This document shows positions 61,204 to 64,000 of a stretch of 64,000 nt of DNA, in pieces. The notes under the pieces were generated by a model. The model was not told where the DNA came from. It worked only from the letters and a program-made list of their open reading frames with translations, and did no database searches. The translations under genes were made by a program, and so were the position numbers. Source of the stretch: Lama guanicoe (lineage: Eukaryota); contig MU053376.1 in assembly GCA_013239625.1 (NCBI GenBank), positions 1,016,833 through 1,080,832 of the forward strand, given 5' to 3'. Position 1 is the stretch's first letter. Each line of letters opens with the position of its first letter.

Positions 61204-62153
61204 GTCTAGGCTACGGGGTAGGCAAAAACCATGGTATCCACAGAAAACATACAGCAGACACTCAGATGGCATTCTTACTATTACTACGATCCGTATATTC
61301 ATAACCCCAGTATTTGCTCTCTTCTGCCTCCAGATTACTCAGGGCAGTTTGGCTTAGATTCATGGGAAAAAGAGACTGCATTCCTTTCCTCCCTTCCATA
61401 TGTCTCAATCTCCTGCCTCTAATACCCCTTCTTATTTAAAAGCTGCTTCACAGTTTGCAAAAACTCTCACATTATTGTGTTAAAAAATGAAATAACTCCC
61501 CATTTCTGAGCACAAAGCTGAGACTCACGAGATAGTTTCTTGAAGTTGGGGGTGGGGGGCGATGGGGCAGAACACTCCCTTCCTTCGCATTTGCAGCTCT
61601 AAATGTAGGCATAGGTGTGTGTTTCAGATGAGTATCCTAGAGGGGATCGGCGTCTTCCTCACTGAAGGGATGTTACAATGTGCAAAGTTAGAGCAAAAAA
61701 AGCAGCGATAATAAGCATCATTATCGCGCCTCCTCCCCGCCAAATAAAATGAGTGGGTGGGGGAAATCCCGACAGAGCCTTTCCTTGGGAGGGTCCCTCG
61801 TGCATCTGCTAAAACCGAGTCTCGGCTGGCCCCCCGCCCCCAGTCTCTACTCCGTAGCCCGCTCTCTGCAATGCTAAAACGCAGCAGCCCAGCCCTCCAG
61901 ACCTCTCCCGGGGGATCGCACGGTGCAACCAACCCTAAAAACGTGGCCGCGCGACGCCCCCTCAGCCCTACCGGCTTCCCATTGGCCCGTTGCCGTCGTC
62001 ACTCCCTCCTTGCCTCGCCTTCCCCCTCCCGGGCTGAGGCACCGGGCGGGGTAGGTTGCGCGCTCGCCGCTGGCTCGGGCCGCGGCCGCGGCTTTGCAGC
62101 AGGCGGCGCCGCGGGAGGGGGCGGAGCCGGGCGCGGGGGCGGGGGAGGGGCGG

Positions 62154-62257
62154 NNNNNNNNNNNNNNNNNNNNNNNNNNNNNNNNNNNNNNNNNNNNNNN
62201 NNNNNNNNNNNNNNNNNNNNNNNNNNNNNNNNNNNNNNNNNNNNNNNNNNNNNNNNC
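62154..62257. other. Assembly gap in the GC-rich TMCC2 promoter
   Basis: Run of N. Confidence 0.99.
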
Positions 62258-62720
62258 TATCAGTGCGGAGGGTGGCCGACGAGGACTTGCCCGGCCGGCT
62301 ACCCCATGCCTGCCTCGCCCAGCAACCCGGCCCGCCTGGAGGGATGCGCTGTGCCGCCCAGCTCCCCTCCGCCCTGCCCATGCCCAGAAGCAGAAAGTTT
62401 GGGGGGCCGGGGGCTGTCTTCCTCCTCCCGCTCCAATGACTGCCCAAGGACTCCTGCTGCCCAGCCCCGACTGTGACCTGCCTCCGCTCCCCAGGTCGTA
62501 ATGAACTATTCCAAGCTGTAACCAAGGCTCCCCCTCCTCGTCCCTCCCTCACCCTCCTTTAAAAAGATTTATTTTTTAATTCAAGAAATTGTGATCCGCC
62601 GACTTCCCTCCTCGTTAATAATTTAGACCCCGGCCTCGTTTCTGGGTGTAAGAAGGGGTGCGGTCTCCCCCAAGACGGCGCGCTGGAAGGACAGTTTCCC
62701 CTTGCCGACCCACATACACC

Positions 62721-62927
62721 ATGAAGAGGTGCAAATCGGACGAGCTGCAGCCACAGCAGGGCGAGGAGGATGGAGCTGGACTGGAAGATGCCGCTTGCCA
62801 CCTGCCGGGCGCGGACCTCCGGCCTGGGGAGGCCACGGGTGCTAACTCTGCTGACGGGCCAATTTCAGATGCGGGCGCTGCCGCGGCGCCCAACCCGGGT
62901 CCCCGAAACAAGCCTCCTGATTTAAAG
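62721..62927 (+). CDS. TMCC2: Transmembrane and coiled-coil domain family 2, first coding exon (69 aa; gene continues beyond the window)
   Basis: ACACCATG start; [37 protein letters not shown]...KPPDLK matches the recalled TMCC2 N-terminus; donor AAG|GTGAGC; known head-to-head synteny with DSTYK. Confidence 0.93.
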
Positions 62928-64000
62928 GTGAGCGCAGACCCTCCTCTGGCGAGCCCAACCGGCGACTTAGCTTTCCCCGCCCCACGCAGAAGTGTTTTAA
63001 CAGGATGGAAGTGATGGGAAAGCCAGGCGAAGGTCAGAGAGGATGAGCAGATGTTCGGCCAGACCCTAGGCTGGACGTCAGGTACCATTTGCACCTCTGC
63101 CTTTCAGTTCATTTCAGGCCTCTTGTGTTTGCTCTTCCTTATGCGGCAGACGTTCTAGTGACTCACCCATCCAAGATTGTTTGAATAATGCGTGTGAAGC
63201 GCTATTCGCAGACAAAGGGCTGGAGAAATCCAAGATGCTAACTAAAAAGTTGACATCACTTTCCCTCCTGTAAGATGGCAGGGGAAGAAAATTACATCTG
63301 GGAGGCCAAGCAAAGGACCTAATGGTTTCCTTTGCGGAGTTAGTTTCCTCCTTTTGGGACCTTCCTGGATTGAAGCTCAGTTTGTCCATCTGTGAAAGGG
63401 GAGTGTGAACTTCTTGCCGTTAGGTGGAGCCAGAGGTTAAGCTAGTGCTTGGAGATCCCTGCCCGCCTGCTGAACCAACCCCTAGGGTGGAGAACTGACA
63501 GGTGGCTGCGCTGTGCTTGGGCTGGTTTGGGGCCTCGGTTCAAGTTGCACACATGCTGAGCCGGCAGTTAGAACCAGAATCCGAAAGAGGCGATCACATG
63601 CAGCTGGGAGTCCTTTATTTTCCGGCCTGAGGTTGCTGAGACAATTATCGAGCTGTATTGAATTTATCTCTATATTAATTAAAATAGCAGCTGTGGTAAA
63701 TAATGCACCTTTGCTGGAGCTACCACAGGGACTGCAGGCTCCGGCTTCTCCAGCCAGCTCATCACTCGGCTGGGCGAGATGTCAGCCCAAGGAAGGAACT
63801 TAGATGCCTTGGAGATTGATGCCTCAGGGAGATTTTCTCCAGAGTGGGTGCAAGGTCTTGGCTAGGGGAGCAAGAAGACTCCGTTATGTTAAATAAAGCC
63901 TGTATCCTATGGCAGCAGCCACTAAGGAGCTCACCAGAATAAACCAATGACATTCCTCGTTTGGCCTGAGCGGCACAGAGTCAGGAAGTCAGAGCGCAGG

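Larger units (their letters stand above)
61700..63060 (+). promoter_or_regulatory. TMCC2 CpG-island promoter and exon 1 region
   Basis: CpG-dense; reverse CCAAT at 61981; GC boxes and G-runs at 62110-62153; interrupted by an N gap. Confidence 0.85.

Noticed and set aside
61757..63094. Long ORFs of 118-239 aa around the TMCC2 promoter
   Set aside because: They span the N gap or simply reflect GC richness; only 62721-62927 matches a known protein

Overview
Mammalian genomic DNA, most likely camelid, judged from about 12 copies of a vic-1-like tRNA-derived SINE and no Alu, Bov or PRE elements that I could see. The minus strand carries a complete 13-exon DSTYK gene (ATG 47666 to TGA 2461). I placed every GT-AG junction by hand: the exons sum to 2790 nt (929 aa + stop) with an intact kinase domain, followed by a ~2.3 kb 3' UTR with tandem AATAAA near 150-180. 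Divergently, about 15 kb from the DSTYK start, the plus strand carries the CpG-island promoter and first coding exon of TMCC2 (62721-62927). The rest is intron or intergenic DNA with L1 fragments (one nested), three ERV1-type solo LTRs, hAT MITEs, MIR/L2 relics and two assembly gaps. I found no wholly new gene system. The best leads are: (1) the DSTYK N-terminal half looks like a degenerate dynamin/mitofusin-type pseudo-GTPase plus stalk fused to the kinase; (2) a local duplication of the exon 9 splice donor offers an in-frame 11-aa insert in the kinase domain; (3) a chain of stop/start-overlapping uORFs precedes TMCC2; (4) a compact CCAAT-CRE-CCAAT-GATA-octamer module lies between the two genes. 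Repeat family names and human comparisons are from memory, not from searches.
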